NCBI GenBank assembly: GCA_040755995.1
Contig: JBFMAF010000032.1
Span: 289,306 to 353,305 of the forward strand
DNA: 64,000 bases
From: Acidobacteriota bacterium
GTDB lineage: Bacteria > Acidobacteriota > CAIWXX01
Direction: 5' to 3'
Both the position numbers and the translations under genes were made by a program. Below the pieces are notes generated by a model. That model saw only the letters and a program-made list of their open reading frames with translations. It searched no databases and was not told the origin of the DNA. This document shows, in pieces, positions 37,279-47,046 of this stretch (the first letter of the stretch is position 1; the number at the start of each line of letters is the position of its first letter).

Positions 37279-39789
37279 CTACGGTGCGATGGTACCGGCG
37301 CTTCTCGTCTCCGAGGCAACCGCTACGTTCTTTCCGGATGCCTTGGCGCGCTGCATCGCCTTGTCAGCCAACTCGATGAGATCGGCCTTGCTCAGCCCCG
37401 GCCGATACTGGCATATGCCGATGCTCGCCGTGACCGCCAGGTCCTTCTTGCCGTACACGATTGCGTGGGACGCGATCTTCCTCCTCAGCCTTTCCGCGAT
37501 TATCCGCGCCTGTTCCAGATTCGTCGACGGCAGGATCACCGTGAACTCCTCGCCACCGTACCTGCAGGCGATGTCCACGGCCCGCGTCACAGTCCTCAGA
37601 GCGATAGCTACCTCCCGCAACACAATGTCACCCACCTGATGCCCGTAGGCGGCATTGAACCTCTTAAAGTCGTCCAGGTCGAGGAAGAGGAGACTCAAGG
37701 GCAGGTTGTACCGCGAAGAGCGGGCGATCTCACGATCCAGTGCCTCCTGGAAGTACCTGTGCACGTACAACCCTGTGAGCCCGTCCGTGATCGACAGCTC
37801 GAGGATCTTCTGATACCGCTCGGCGTTCACGATCGCCGTCGCAAGATGCTCGCAGAAGCTGTGGGCGAGATAGAACTCCTCTGAACTGAAGACATGCCGG
37901 TCATGCTTGTCGGTGAGGTTCAGAACTCCGATGATCCGCTCCTGATGGCGCAGCAATATGTTCAGGAAGGACTTGGTCGCATACTGAGGCTTGTTTGGAA
38001 TGCTCAGCTCCGTCTCGATGTCCGCCACGTAGACCGACCGGTTCAGGCTGATCACCTTCTTCATCAGGACGTTGTCGTCCACGCTCACGGTCATTCCGTC
38101 ACCCTCGTCCAGATACGGAAGGTTGTGCACCATCAGCTCGAGCGTGTTTTCCTGTGGATGATAGAAGAAGACGGAGCAGAGACGGCATCCGATCAGATCG
38201 GGTAGCTGCTTCACCACCGCCGAAAGGATCTTCTTCCTGTCGAATGTGGCGTTGAGCTCGCGGCTCAGACTATTCAGATTCAGAAGCAGATTATGCGCAC
38301 TGCTCTTCTGTCGGAATAACTCGGCGTTCTTGATCGTGTACCCCACCTGATCGGCGATCTTGCCGAACACGTCGATATCCGACTTGTCGAACTGGTTGAG
38401 CTTGCGGCTCTCCAGATTCAGGACCCCGACGATTTCCTGATCGCACCTTATCGGGAGCGTCAGCTCCGACTTCGTATCCAGAAAGGCCTCCTTGTACCTG
38501 CTTTCCGCGGTCGTGTCATTGCTCAGGAAGTAGTCGCCGGTGCGGGCGACATGACCTACGATACCCTCGCCGGCGCCGGTCTTGTCTCCCACCTGCTGAT
38601 CCCGCATCTCCTCGCCCGCAAAGGCCACCAACTCCAGTTGCTGCGACCGCTTTTCGAACGAATACAGTGAGACGTGATGGAACCGGTACACGTCATAGAT
38701 CAAGCTGGCGATGTCGTCGGTGAACTTCCGGAAATCGAAGCTCTGGAGAGGAACCAGCCCGATCCGGTGAATGACCTCGATGTGCCGGTCCCTCTTGCTC
38801 TCTCTCTGGAAGGCGAACGCGTCGGTGACGACCGTCGACAGCTGCTCGCTGATCGCCTCCAGCACCTGCAGGTCCTTCTTGTCGAAGCCGGCGCTCCCCA
38901 CATTCCCGACGTATATGGCTCCAATCGGCGTGCCCCCCGCGGCAATCGGAATGCACATCTCGGATTCAGCCTCCGCCACCACTCGAGCGGCCAGGGGAGA
39001 GCCATCCCGGGAAGGGACCATCAACGCCCGCCGCTCTGAGAACGCACGCGCAACTATGTTGTCATCCACGGGGAGCTCGCAACCGTGTGGTGCAGCGGGG
39101 TCGAGGGTCGCACTCGCAATGACTCCGAGCTTCTGTTCCTGCTCATCCTGCAGGAATATCAGGACATGGTGGAAGTTGAAGAACTCCACAATCGAGCTGG
39201 CTACGGTCTGGAGCAGCTTGTCGACCTCCTGCCTGGCCGAGAGCCGGTTGCGGATCTGATTCAGGACCTCGAGCTGGCTGAGCCTCTTCCTCTCCGACTC
39301 GAAGATCAATGCGTTGTGAAGCGCCATTGCTATGTGAGATGCGAACACGCACAGCACCTTGAAGTCGTCCTCGGTGAACGAGTAGACCTTCTGGCTCTCC
39401 ACGTCGAGCACTCCGTAGAGCTGGTCGTTGACCAGGAGCGGGATCGCTATCTCCGACCTTGCCCCCTCTACGCCGGGCACATATCTCGGATCAGCGGAAG
39501 TGTCGGGAACAAACAGAGGCTCTCTGTTCCTTGCCACGAACCCGGTCACACCGTGACCGCCCACGGACGTGCGGAAGCGCCTGATCATGTCCTGTTTGTA
39601 GCCGGCAGCAGCCGCAATGTAAAGCTCCTCGGACTTGGGCTCGAAGAGCAGCACAGCCGAGTTGTCGCAGCCGAAGGTATCGTGCATGATCTCCAGCACC
39701 TGCTTCAGCAGGACGTTGATGTCCAGGAGCGTGAGAATGGACTGGTTCAGCCTGTACATGGCCTCCAGTTTTTCAAGCCGCTTCTGCAT
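37279..39789 (-). CDS. Diguanylate cyclase with multiple (about 4) GAF domains
   Basis: Repeated GAF motifs (SEIAIPL, SELTLPI), DGLTGL, RYGGEEF, I-site RAVD. Confidence 0.93.
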   Translation of the reverse strand: MQKRLEKLEAMYRLNQSILTLLDINVLLKQVLEIMHDTFGCDNSAVLLFEPKSEELYIAAAAGYKQDMIRRFRTSVGGHGVTGFVARNREPLFVPDTSADPRYVPGVEGARSEIAIPLLVNDQLYGVLDVESQKVYSFTEDDFKVLCVFASHIAMALHNALIFESERKRLSQLEVLNQIRNRLSARQEVDKLLQTVASSIVEFFNFHHVLIFLQDEQEQKLGVIASATLDPAAPHGCELPVDDNIVARAFSERRALMVPSRDGSPLAARVVAEAESEMCIPIAAGGTPIGAIYVGNVGSAGFDKKDLQVLEAISEQLSTVVTDAFAFQRESKRDRHIEVIHRIGLVPLQSFDFRKFTDDIASLIYDVYRFHHVSLYSFEKRSQQLELVAFAGEEMRDQQVGDKTGAGEGIVGHVARTGDYFLSNDTTAESRYKEAFLDTKSELTLPIRCDQEIVGVLNLESRKLNQFDKSDIDVFGKIADQVGYTIKNAELFRQKSSAHNLLLNLNSLSRELNATFDRKKILSAVVKQLPDLIGCRLCSVFFYHPQENTLELMVHNLPYLDEGDGMTVSVDDNVLMKKVISLNRSVYVADIETELSIPNKPQYATKSFLNILLRHQERIIGVLNLTDKHDRHVFSSEEFYLAHSFCEHLATAIVNAERYQKILELSITDGLTGLYVHRYFQEALDREIARSSRYNLPLSLLFLDLDDFKRFNAAYGHQVGDIVLREVAIALRTVTRAVDIACRYGGEEFTVILPSTNLEQARIIAERLRRKIASHAIVYGKKDLAVTASIGICQYRPGLSKADLIELADKAMQRAKASGKNVAVASETRSAGTIAP

Positions 39790-39955
39790 CACGTTCCCTC
39801 CATGACGGAATCGCCGTGGCATTCGACGGTTTCCCCGCCCCGGTCCACGGCACCTGGCACCATCCGCGATCGCGACGCCGTCGCGCTAACGCCGCGCTAC
39901 ACCTCGATGAAGCACCTACGGTCTGGATGTGGTTTGAATCACCTTGATCATGGCG

Positions 39956-39984
39956 AGGATAGCGCTGCACGCGACGGCTGTCAA
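39956..39984 (-). promoter_or_regulatory. Sigma70-type promoter of the diguanylate cyclase
   Basis: Minus strand TTGACA-N17-TATCCT. Confidence 0.65.
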
Positions 39985-40166
39985 CGTCTGCCCGGCGAGC
40001 AGGTGCGCAGGGGCCTAACGGATCTGGCTTAGGCCATGGCTGGGGCCCCTGAGTCGGCCCTCCCCCGGAACCCCCACGCGCACAGAGGACGACTTGGCGC
40101 GCTGATCATGTCGTCGCCCCCAAAATCCGTTGCGCGCCCGCAGCGGGCTCGGTGAGCTGTTGCCTG

Positions 40167-41849
40167 CTATTCGGTCCGCACCTGGAAGGCCAGGACGTAG
40201 CGATCAGCCCGCGGACGCCATTGAAGCTCCTTCCGATAGGCGTAGTTGTCATCGAGGAGGTAGAGGGGAATCCAAACCAGCTCTTCCACTGCCAGACCCA
40301 TGATCCGCTGGAGCAGGGCGAGGCGCTCCCCTCGTTCGTTCAGGCCGGCGCTCTCCTCAATCAACTGGTCCATCACTGGATTGTCGTAGCTGACGTCGTT
40401 GTAGCAGCCATAGTTGGGGTCGATTCCACGCGAATGGAAGCAGTGCTCGAAGAAGTCCGATGTGTCGCCCGTGATGGGTATCCACCCGCTTATGAAGAGA
40501 TCGGAGCGGCCCGCGTGGGTCTGTTTGAAGAAGGCGCTCATCTCCATCGGAGCAGGTTTGAGTCCAATCCCGACAAGGCTGAGCTGCCGGGCGACGTCTT
40601 CAGCGATCTGCTGGACGTGGAAGTACTTCCCGACTGGGTAATGGCACGGGAAGACCCTGCCAGAGGGGAATTGGGCCTCTCGCAGTAGCTGGCCGGCCAG
40701 AGCGGGTTGAAACGGCTTGACCTGGACCCCGGGGGCGAATCCGAAAACCAGACGCGACGCCAGCTGGCCAGCCGGCTGGGCCATGGAATCCATGACGTGG
40801 GCGGCACCTTCCTCGCGGTTGATGGCCATTGACATGGCCTGCCTGACCACCCGGGAACGGAACGGATTGGACGAGCCATCAACCAACTGTTCCCGCCAAC
40901 TGGCCCCCAGGTAGATGAGCCTGGCGCCCGGCATCCGCATTACGCGCAACTGCGATGCCTGAGAGACGATGGGGAGGAGGGATGGATCCGGATCGCGGAT
41001 CAGGTCCAGTTGGCCATCCAGAAGCCGGTGCGTCCGCGCTGAGTCGTCTGGGACGAACTGGAAACGCGCCTGCCGGAACAGCTCCGCCTTCTGCCAGCGA
41101 TTGGGGGAGGCTTCCAACAGGGCCTCCTCCGCGGCGCGGTACTGCACAAGCCGGTATGGCCCGGAGCCGAGCGGGTGAGAACGTAGAAAATCCCGCGGCT
41201 TCGTCCGATAGTAGTTGGCCGGCACGATCATGATCTGGGAGAGCTTTCCAAGCAGGGGTGTGTAAGGGACGCGTGTTACGACTTCAACCTGATTGGGCGA
41301 TAACGCGTGGACTGTGTTCACCGACAGGAGGAGGGACTTCTTCGGGGACTCGGGCAGCTCCCTGATCCGGTTGATACTGTATTCCACATCGGCCGCCGTG
41401 AGGAGAGTACCGTCGTGGAAGCGAATATCCGACCGGATGTTGAACACCCAGGTGAGCGGGTCGGGATTCTGCCAGGAAGTGGCCACCCAGGGAACGACCT
41501 TGAGGTTGCTGTCGAGGAAGACCAGGGGATCGAACAGATGGTGGCAGAGGATGTTGGTAGCTTCCTCGGAGTCAAGGTGGGGGTCGAAGTGGAGGGGCCC
41601 GGTGGCGAAGCCGATGCGGATCTCCGATCGTCCATCCAGGCGCAGCCACGGCTGCTCGCCGGCGCAGGCCGCCAAGCCGAGGAGCAGAATGAGAAGGGCG
41701 TGAACCCGAAGTCGAATCGACCGAACCTGCCGCTTGCCACCAACTTGCTTGCCCGTCGCCGTCCAATTGGGATTTCCAGCTGGGACCACCGGACCCAGTA
41801 TTCGCGAGACAACCGGCGAATTACTACAGTCGTAGTGTTTCAGCGCCAT
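40167..41849 (-). CDS. ABC transporter substrate-binding lipoprotein, family 5 (peptide/nickel)
   Basis: Lipobox LAAC, FHDGTLLTAADVEYS, GSGPYRL, VRQAMSMAINR; start uncertain. Confidence 0.88.
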   Translation of the reverse strand: MALKHYDCSNSPVVSRILGPVVPAGNPNWTATGKQVGGKRQVRSIRLRVHALLILLLGLAACAGEQPWLRLDGRSEIRIGFATGPLHFDPHLDSEEATNILCHHLFDPLVFLDSNLKVVPWVATSWQNPDPLTWVFNIRSDIRFHDGTLLTAADVEYSINRIRELPESPKKSLLLSVNTVHALSPNQVEVVTRVPYTPLLGKLSQIMIVPANYYRTKPRDFLRSHPLGSGPYRLVQYRAAEEALLEASPNRWQKAELFRQARFQFVPDDSARTHRLLDGQLDLIRDPDPSLLPIVSQASQLRVMRMPGARLIYLGASWREQLVDGSSNPFRSRVVRQAMSMAINREEGAAHVMDSMAQPAGQLASRLVFGFAPGVQVKPFQPALAGQLLREAQFPSGRVFPCHYPVGKYFHVQQIAEDVARQLSLVGIGLKPAPMEMSAFFKQTHAGRSDLFISGWIPITGDTSDFFEHCFHSRGIDPNYGCYNDVSYDNPVMDQLIEESAGLNERGERLALLQRIMGLAVEELVWIPLYLLDDNYAYRKELQWRPRADRYVLAFQVRTE

Positions 41850-41879
41850 GCAGGCTCCAGTGGCTCGATGCACCATGGC

Positions 41880-41908
41880 AATATAGGGTCGGCGCATCAA
41901 GGTGTCAA
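41880..41908 (-). promoter_or_regulatory. Sigma70-type promoter of the substrate-binding protein
   Basis: Minus strand TTGACA-N17-TATATT. Confidence 0.65.
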
Positions 41909-41973
41909 GCTCGCGAGCTCGCTCGCGTGGCCGGCCGGCACGCCGGGCGCGTGAGGCGCGGCACCTCGCGCCT

Positions 41974-42660
41974 TCAGCTGCTCGGGCCCACGTCGACAAC
42001 GATGCGCTGGATCGCCAGCGCGTGGCCCGGCGGGACTATCAGCGTGCCGACGCGATCCAGGAAAAAGGCTTTCACCGTCTCCCAGTCGTCGGGGCCCTCG
42101 GATGGCAACGGAGCCTCCCGCTCGGCATCGTCGAAGTACGTGAGCGCACGCAGTAGCAGACTCTCGCGCACCCGGGGCCCGTATACCGCCGTCATCGCGC
42201 GGAGGCACTCGATGATGCCGAGGCGCTGCTGCTGCAATATGACGTATAGATCGAAGAAGTCACGCCGGGTGCCTCGATCCAGGATCGCGTGCAGTTTGGT
42301 GGCCAGGATGCCTACCACACTTAGCCGGCGCTCCTCGACAAACGGCACGAGGTTCTCCAACACGAAGATCGATACGTTGATGCCGCACCAGCGCAAATGC
42401 ACCGTGTCGGACGATTGCTCCAGAATCTCCACATCGCCGCTGGCTTCGAGCTGCCCGAGCAGGTCGGCCAGATTCCGGGCTTCGCGCACGCCGAAATCCA
42501 CATCACGGCTCGGACGGTACGGGCAGAAGCATCGGACCGCGTGGCCGCCTATGACGAACCAGTAATCCAGACCGTCCACCACGCGTCCCAGCGACTGCGG
42601 CATGACGAGTGTTGGCGAAAGGGGTCGCGCCGATGGCGTCAAATCCTGCGCACCCGGCAC
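41974..42660 (-). CDS. Nucleotidyltransferase, AbiEii/AbiGii toxin family
   Basis: FVIGGHAV...RPSRDVDF and KLHAILDRGTRRDFFDLY; start may be 42603. Confidence 0.78.
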   Translation of the reverse strand: MPGAQDLTPSARPLSPTLVMPQSLGRVVDGLDYWFVIGGHAVRCFCPYRPSRDVDFGVREARNLADLLGQLEASGDVEILEQSSDTVHLRWCGINVSIFVLENLVPFVEERRLSVVGILATKLHAILDRGTRRDFFDLYVILQQQRLGIIECLRAMTAVYGPRVRESLLLRALTYFDDAEREAPLPSEGPDDWETVKAFFLDRVGTLIVPPGHALAIQRIVVDVGPSS

Positions 42661-43148
42661 ACAGCCTCCAGCAACCCGCGGCTCTTGGGGCGAAAGCCGC
42701 GCATATACGCGGCCTGGTACAGATCAAGCCAGGGCAGACCAGCCGCGAAGCAAACCGCGGGCACACTACCGTAATTGAAACAGTAGAACGCGACCTGCCG
42801 GCCGGGAACCGGCACATCCGGCGCCAGGTTGTAAAGCGCCTCTTGCACCGCTGGAGGCAAGTCCGACGGGCGATACAGGTGACCAGCCAGTCGTGGCAAG
42901 GCCGCGTAGACCGATGCGCGCGATGGGCACGCAACCCCCCGCTCCCGGCACCGTCGAGCAACCTCCTCCAGAAGGTCCGGCATGCCCGGCCGCTCGTGCC
43001 CCGTGACCGTCTCACCGAGTATCTCCATGGCCTTGGGAGAACGCGGAATTCCCCGGTCCCGGCGGAGGCACCGACGTCTTTCAGATCGCTCGGCTGCGCG
43101 CCCAATCCACTGCTCGGCTCGCCGCGCCGCTTTCTCAAGATCGAACAT
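42639..43148 (-). CDS. Hypothetical protein, putative antitoxin partner
   Basis: Immediately upstream of and overlapping the AbiEii-like gene; Arg-rich; own promoter. Confidence 0.6.
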   Translation of the reverse strand: MFDLEKAARRAEQWIGRAAERSERRRCLRRDRGIPRSPKAMEILGETVTGHERPGMPDLLEEVARRCRERGVACPSRASVYAALPRLAGHLYRPSDLPPAVQEALYNLAPDVPVPGRQVAFYCFNYGSVPAVCFAAGLPWLDLYQAAYMRGFRPKSRGLLEAVCRVRRI

Positions 43149-43154
43149 GGCTAT

Positions 43155-43182
43155 ATTATAGACAGCTGGGAGTATAATTCAA
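43155..43182 (-). promoter_or_regulatory. Promoter with palindromic operator; probably leaderless transcript
   Basis: TTGAAT-N16-TATAAT, ATG 6 nt after the -10, no RBS; ATTATA-N12-TATAAT palindrome at 43155-43178. Confidence 0.65.
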
Positions 43183-43251
43183 GACGATTGCGATGAATTG
43201 ATCGGACTAAGTTCAGCCAGGCACGCGAGACTGTCGACGAGGGAGTACCCG

Positions 43252-43986
43252 TCACAGATCCAGTAAGGCGTATGTGCGGACTCGGTGGCCGAGAGCGTGT
43301 TCGATGACCTTGCGGAGGTAGGTGTGTGTCGAGTCGGCGGCCGCCTGTAGGCTCTCGTTGGAGGCGATATCCGCCGGCGGGGTGTGAAAAGCGCTCGCCA
43401 GAAAACTCCGATCGGCGGGGGCCAGAGTCGCCACGCGGCGCTCGCTGCAGCGGTCGCAACGCAGCCCACCGAGGTCCGGCTCGGCGTGCATCGGCTCCGA
43501 GTCGCTCACGGCCGCGCCGCAACGGGCGCACCGCGAGATCGACGGGAGGAAGCCGGAGAGCCGTAGGAGCCAGGCCTCGAAATATACCAGCGCGATGCGG
43601 GGGATCGTGGTGGAGACGGACCTGGCAGAGGTCAGTGCGAGGCGAAATAGAGCGTCGTTCGCCTGCTTTTCCTGTGCGAATCCGTCCATCAGCTCGGCCA
43701 TGCAGCTCAACGCCGCGAGGACGTCCGCCCGAGCATCTCTGGGAAAGAAGCTCTCGAGCAGCTCCGCCGCGTCGATCCGCACCAGCTCGCTGCCGGGCTT
43801 CTCAAAGTAATTAAGATTGACGTGCGTCATGGGCTCGAATGCCGGACCGAATCGCTGTTTCAACTTACGCGCGCCCTTGGCTACACCGCGGAGCTTCCCC
43901 TCACCGCGCGTGAACGCGGTCACGATCTTGTCAAGCTCGCCGAGCTTGTGGGTTTTCAGGATGATCGCCTCACTTCGTTTGTACAC
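43252..43986 (-). CDS. recO: DNA repair protein RecO
   Basis: ELDKIVTAFT...GKLRGVAKGARK, Zn motif CARC/CDRC; follows era. Confidence 0.95.
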   Translation of the reverse strand: MYKRSEAIILKTHKLGELDKIVTAFTRGEGKLRGVAKGARKLKQRFGPAFEPMTHVNLNYFEKPGSELVRIDAAELLESFFPRDARADVLAALSCMAELMDGFAQEKQANDALFRLALTSARSVSTTIPRIALVYFEAWLLRLSGFLPSISRCARCGAAVSDSEPMHAEPDLGGLRCDRCSERRVATLAPADRSFLASAFHTPPADIASNESLQAAADSTHTYLRKVIEHALGHRVRTYALLDL

Positions 43987-44041
43987 TGCCTGGCCTCTGA
44001 GAAAGCATTGGGGTATGGTAGCCTGTCATCCCACTTGCATC

Positions 44042-44153
44042 CGAACCGGCGAATCGGGGAATCGGAGAATCGGGGAACCGGGGAAACGAGAACAGGAGAT
44101 CCCACCATGGCGACTGACAACTGACAACTGACAACCGCCAACTGCCAACTGGC
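44042..44153. repeat. Short tandem repeats (octamer GAATCGGG-like x6 and heptamer AACTGAC-like x6)
   Basis: Read directly at 44042-44089 and 44112-44153. Confidence 0.85.
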
Positions 44154-44154
44154 T

Positions 44155-45084
44155 TCACTCGTTCTCGTAGATCTCGAGCGACGCCAGGTGCTCCGGGCTC
44201 TCCCTCCACTTCTCCTCGTGCCGGACCTGGAGCGAGAGGTAGATCTTCTTCTTGAACATCCCCTCGAGCTCCTCGCGCGCCTCCGTCCCGATCGCCTTGA
44301 GGAACTGGCCCGCTCTCCCGATGACGATAGGCCGCTGTGATTCCTTTTCTACGAGGATCGTCATGTAGATTCGCCAGAGCTTCCCATCGACTTCGGTGCT
44401 GTCCACCCGGACGGCGGTCGTCCACGGGAGTTCCTCGTGGACGTGGGCCAGGATTTTCTCGCGCACGATCTCCGCCGCACGGAATGCGTCCGACCGGTCC
44501 GTGTGCATCTCCGATGGGAACATAGGCTCCCCATCCGGAGCGTGTTCCCATAGAGATCTTTCCACGACATCGACGTTGTCACCCCGCAGGGCGGATACCG
44601 GTATGATCTCCTTCGCCGCCAGGCTGCGCGAGTACAGGTCCATCAGTGGCAGAAGCCGCGACTTCTTGATGAGGTCCATCTTGTTGAGAAGAATGAACAG
44701 AGGCTTGTTGAAGTCCTTCATCGAATCGATGACGTACCGGTCGCCGTTGCCGGTCGGTTGCGACGCATCGACAATGAGAAGGGCCAACTCGGTGTCGGCC
44801 AACGCGCCCATAGCGGCTTGCATCATGTACCGGTTCAGTCGATGCAGTGGGCGGTGTATGCCCGGAGTGTCGATGAAGACGAGCTGGCCGTTCGGTCGCG
44901 TGTGGACTCCCAAGATGCGGTGGCGGGTTGTCTGGGGTTTCTCGGACACAATCGTGACCTTCTCTCCCACGATCCGATTGACCAGCGTCGACTTGCCGAC
45001 GTTCGGCCGCCCGACCACAGCGATGGTCGCGAATCGCGTCGACTGCGGCGACTCATGCCGGCCGGTCTGTGATGTCGGCTTCAT
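44155..45084 (-). CDS. era: GTPase Era
   Basis: GRPNVGKSTL, PQTTR, DTPG, NKMD, KH domain VIGRAG. Confidence 0.97.
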   Translation of the reverse strand: MKPTSQTGRHESPQSTRFATIAVVGRPNVGKSTLVNRIVGEKVTIVSEKPQTTRHRILGVHTRPNGQLVFIDTPGIHRPLHRLNRYMMQAAMGALADTELALLIVDASQPTGNGDRYVIDSMKDFNKPLFILLNKMDLIKKSRLLPLMDLYSRSLAAKEIIPVSALRGDNVDVVERSLWEHAPDGEPMFPSEMHTDRSDAFRAAEIVREKILAHVHEELPWTTAVRVDSTEVDGKLWRIYMTILVEKESQRPIVIGRAGQFLKAIGTEAREELEGMFKKKIYLSLQVRHEEKWRESPEHLASLEIYENE

Positions 45085-45120
45085 GTGCGTTGGCGGCCGC
45101 AGATGCCGTGGTAGCTCCTC

Positions 45121-45148
45121 AATCTGAAATCTGGAATCTGAAATCCAG
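45121..45148. repeat. Heptamer tandem repeat AATCTG(A/G) x4
   Basis: aatctga aatctgg aatctga aatccag. Confidence 0.8.
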
Positions 45149-45150
45149 GA

Positions 45151-46392
45151 TCATTCTATCTTCTTGATCCGTATCTTCTGGATCTTCTTCGGGTCGCCCT
45201 GTAGCACTTCAAACCTGAGCCCCTGGTGCTCGACCGATTCCCCCTCGGCCAACATCCTTCCGGCCAGGGCGGATACCAGCCCGGCAATTGTGTTGCAGTC
45301 ACCGGGCCGTTCGCTCAGATCTACGTGGAAGAACTCGCTGACCTTCTCGAGCTCCATGTTTCCACTCACCTCGTAGCCCCTGGTCCCGTCGCCCAGGAAC
45401 TGGTCGCGATCCTCATCGTACTCGTCCTTGATCTCGCCGACGATCTCTTCGAGCAGGTCTTCGATGGTGACGAGCCCAGCCACTCCACCGTACTCGTTCA
45501 CAACCACTGCCAGGCTCAACCGCAGTTTCTGGAACTCGGCAAGCAGCTCCGACACCCGCTTTGTCTCAGGCACGAAGTGCGCCTGCCGGACCAGCGGACG
45601 GATATCCTCGTCCGCGTCCCTCACCGAGAGCATGTGAACGAGATCCCGAGCGAGAATGACGCCGGTCACGTTGTCCAGGGTCCCGGCATACACGGGAACG
45701 CGCGAGTGTTTTTCCTCGATCACCATGCGCCGGAGCTCGGCTACCGGCGCGTCCTCGCGGATGGCCACCATGTCGATTCTCGGCGTCATCACCTCGCGTA
45801 CCACCGTGTCTCCGAACTCCACCACCGACTTCACCAGCTTCTCCTCGCCCTCCTCCAGAATCCCCTCGTCCTTGGCTACGTGGATGAGCGCCGCCAGCTC
45901 TTCTCCCTCATCGCTCTCCCGCTCTATCTGTTCGCGGCTCCACATCTGCTTCAACAGCCGGAGCGGCATCACCAGCGGCAGCAGCAGAAAGTACACTCGC
46001 TGGAAGATCGGCACGAGCACCGCGATGGCCCGATCGGGGAAGCGATACGCGAACGTACGCGGAATTATCTGGCCGAAGATGAGAATTATTCCGACCAGGG
46101 AGGCCAGTGAAATGATGTACGGGTATGGAGTCCCCGACGTCACCAGGCAGTAGACCGTGACGAGGACGACGAGGATGATGAGAATCTGCCTGCTCAGGTG
46201 CAGTGCGATCGAGACGTCCTGATGGACTTCCAGGAAGTGAACGATGTGGTCCAGACTCTTGCGCCCATCCTTGATCGCGAGCTTCCTCAGCTTTATGCGA
46301 TTCAGGGCGGAGAGGCACATGTCGAGGGTGGCCGCGGCGGTGTAAATCAGAACGGTTACGGGCAGCAATACCAGAATGCAGCCGAACCTCAT
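45151..46392 (-). CDS. Hemolysin/CorC family protein (CNNM, CBS pair, CorC_HlyC domains)
   Basis: N-terminal TMs, VREVMTPR, HSRVPVY, EYGGVAGLVTIEDLLEEIVGEI. Confidence 0.92.
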   Translation of the reverse strand: MRFGCILVLLPVTVLIYTAAATLDMCLSALNRIKLRKLAIKDGRKSLDHIVHFLEVHQDVSIALHLSRQILIILVVLVTVYCLVTSGTPYPYIISLASLVGIILIFGQIIPRTFAYRFPDRAIAVLVPIFQRVYFLLLPLVMPLRLLKQMWSREQIERESDEGEELAALIHVAKDEGILEEGEEKLVKSVVEFGDTVVREVMTPRIDMVAIREDAPVAELRRMVIEEKHSRVPVYAGTLDNVTGVILARDLVHMLSVRDADEDIRPLVRQAHFVPETKRVSELLAEFQKLRLSLAVVVNEYGGVAGLVTIEDLLEEIVGEIKDEYDEDRDQFLGDGTRGYEVSGNMELEKVSEFFHVDLSERPGDCNTIAGLVSALAGRMLAEGESVEHQGLRFEVLQGDPKKIQKIRIKKIE

Positions 46393-46563
46393 GGGAGCCG
46401 CCTCAGGATGCATGACGATCTGCTGCCGGACTCATGCGCAGTGTACGGCCTCGCCGGCAGTCGACGCGGGGTCGCCAGGATCCGCCGGATCCGGCCGGCG
46501 ACCTCATCCGTCTCCGCCCGCCGCAACGACAGGTTGTGCCACACGTGATCCATCCGCTTGCGA

Positions 46564-47007
46564 TCAGCGCCGCTTCAGCCGGAGAATCCGATGCGTCCGG
46601 ATTCGCCTGCTCAACCGGAGCTCGAGACGTCGCATCTGACCCTCGTCGACCTCGTGGTCGTGGCCGATCAGGTGGAGATAACCGTGCGTGATCAGCACCT
46701 TGGCTTCCTCGTCGACCGAGTGACCAAGCTGTCGAGCCTGGGCCGCGAGCCGCGGAATGGATATGACAATGTCGCCCAGGTAGCCTTCGGTCTCTGCCGG
46801 GAAACTCAGCACGTCGGTCGTGGCGTTCTTCGCCCGGTATCGCCGATTGTAGCCCCGCATGCGACGATCCCCGACGAAGACCACCGAGCAGTCGGCCGGC
46901 GCGCCGGCAGCCTCTGCCAGCTCCGCCACGAGCGACCGCACCGCTCCTGCATCTACGCCGGCCGACCGGCACCAATTCATGACGACAATCTCTCGACCCA
47001 TCTTCAC
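46564..47007 (-). CDS. ybeY: rRNA maturation endoribonuclease YbeY
   Basis: TDVLSFP, LGDIVIS, HGYLHLIGHDH. Confidence 0.95.
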   Translation of the reverse strand: MKMGREIVVMNWCRSAGVDAGAVRSLVAELAEAAGAPADCSVVFVGDRRMRGYNRRYRAKNATTDVLSFPAETEGYLGDIVISIPRLAAQARQLGHSVDEEAKVLITHGYLHLIGHDHEVDEGQMRRLELRLSRRIRTHRILRLKRR

Positions 47008-47010
47008 CCG

Positions 47011-47045
47011 AAATCTGCAATCTGCAATCTGGAATCTGCGATCCC
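47011..47045. repeat. Heptamer tandem repeat (C/A/G)AATCTG x4-5
   Basis: aaatctg caatctg caatctg gaatctg. Confidence 0.8.
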
Positions 47046-47046
47046 C

